DNA of 62,371 bases, counting the filler, from Kipferlia bialata (lineage: Eukaryota): assembly GCA_003568945.1 (NCBI GenBank). It is 3 parts of 3 records of this genome, joined end to end, with 100 filler letters (N's around TTAATTAATTAA, not from the genome) between each part and the next. Parts side by side here need not be neighbours in the genome. Positions count along the whole stretch, not along the records: positions 41,674 to 62,371 come from BDIP01000359.1; 2 more parts are not named here. One strand, written 5' to 3'. Numbering within the stretch: position 1 is the first letter of the stretch; the number at the start of each line of letters is the position of its first letter. A program made the position numbers and the translations under genes. The notes beneath the pieces are model-generated. The model had not been told where the DNA came from. It saw nothing but the letters and a program-made list of their open reading frames with translations, and did no database searches. Below are positions 62,308 to 62,371 of this stretch, piece after piece.

Positions 62308-62371
62308 CTGGGGGTGAGGGGTGGAGCACGAGTAGGGGGGGGGGGGGGGGACTGAACCGGTATTGAAAACA

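Overview
Eukaryotic, very intron-rich genomic DNA. It has short GT-AG introns, a branch-like CTCAC/CTAAC/CTGAC a few nt before a C-rich ...CCCAG acceptor, and TA/GA/CA microsatellite-filled introns. The style resembles the free-living fornicate (metamonad) Kipferlia, which is my inference and not verified. The window is a scaffold with one 941-nt gap, two artificial N44-TTAATTAATTAA-N44 linkers and several probable joins at poly-G/poly-C tracts. About 20 spliced genes or gene fragments can be traced by hand. Recognisable ones are a membrane-anchored GBP/atlastin-family GTPase, a bacterial-type O-antigen-ligase-like protein with introns, a U2AF35-family splicing factor, an M16C peptidase homolog with a degenerate zinc motif, an SPX-EXS (XPR1/SYG1-like) protein lacking the usual SPX basic residues, two kelch-like proteins, a type I membrane protein and an AT-hook protein. 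Two unexplained DNA-level patterns stand out. First, dozens of intronic partial copies of exon ends, with their splice sites, differ from the working exon mostly by synonymous or conservative codon changes. Second, a ~1.1 kb intergenic tract at 44.7-45.8 kb is built of chained, overlapping short palindromes, most with a 1-nt centre. All family assignments come from motif recognition by eye; no searches were run.
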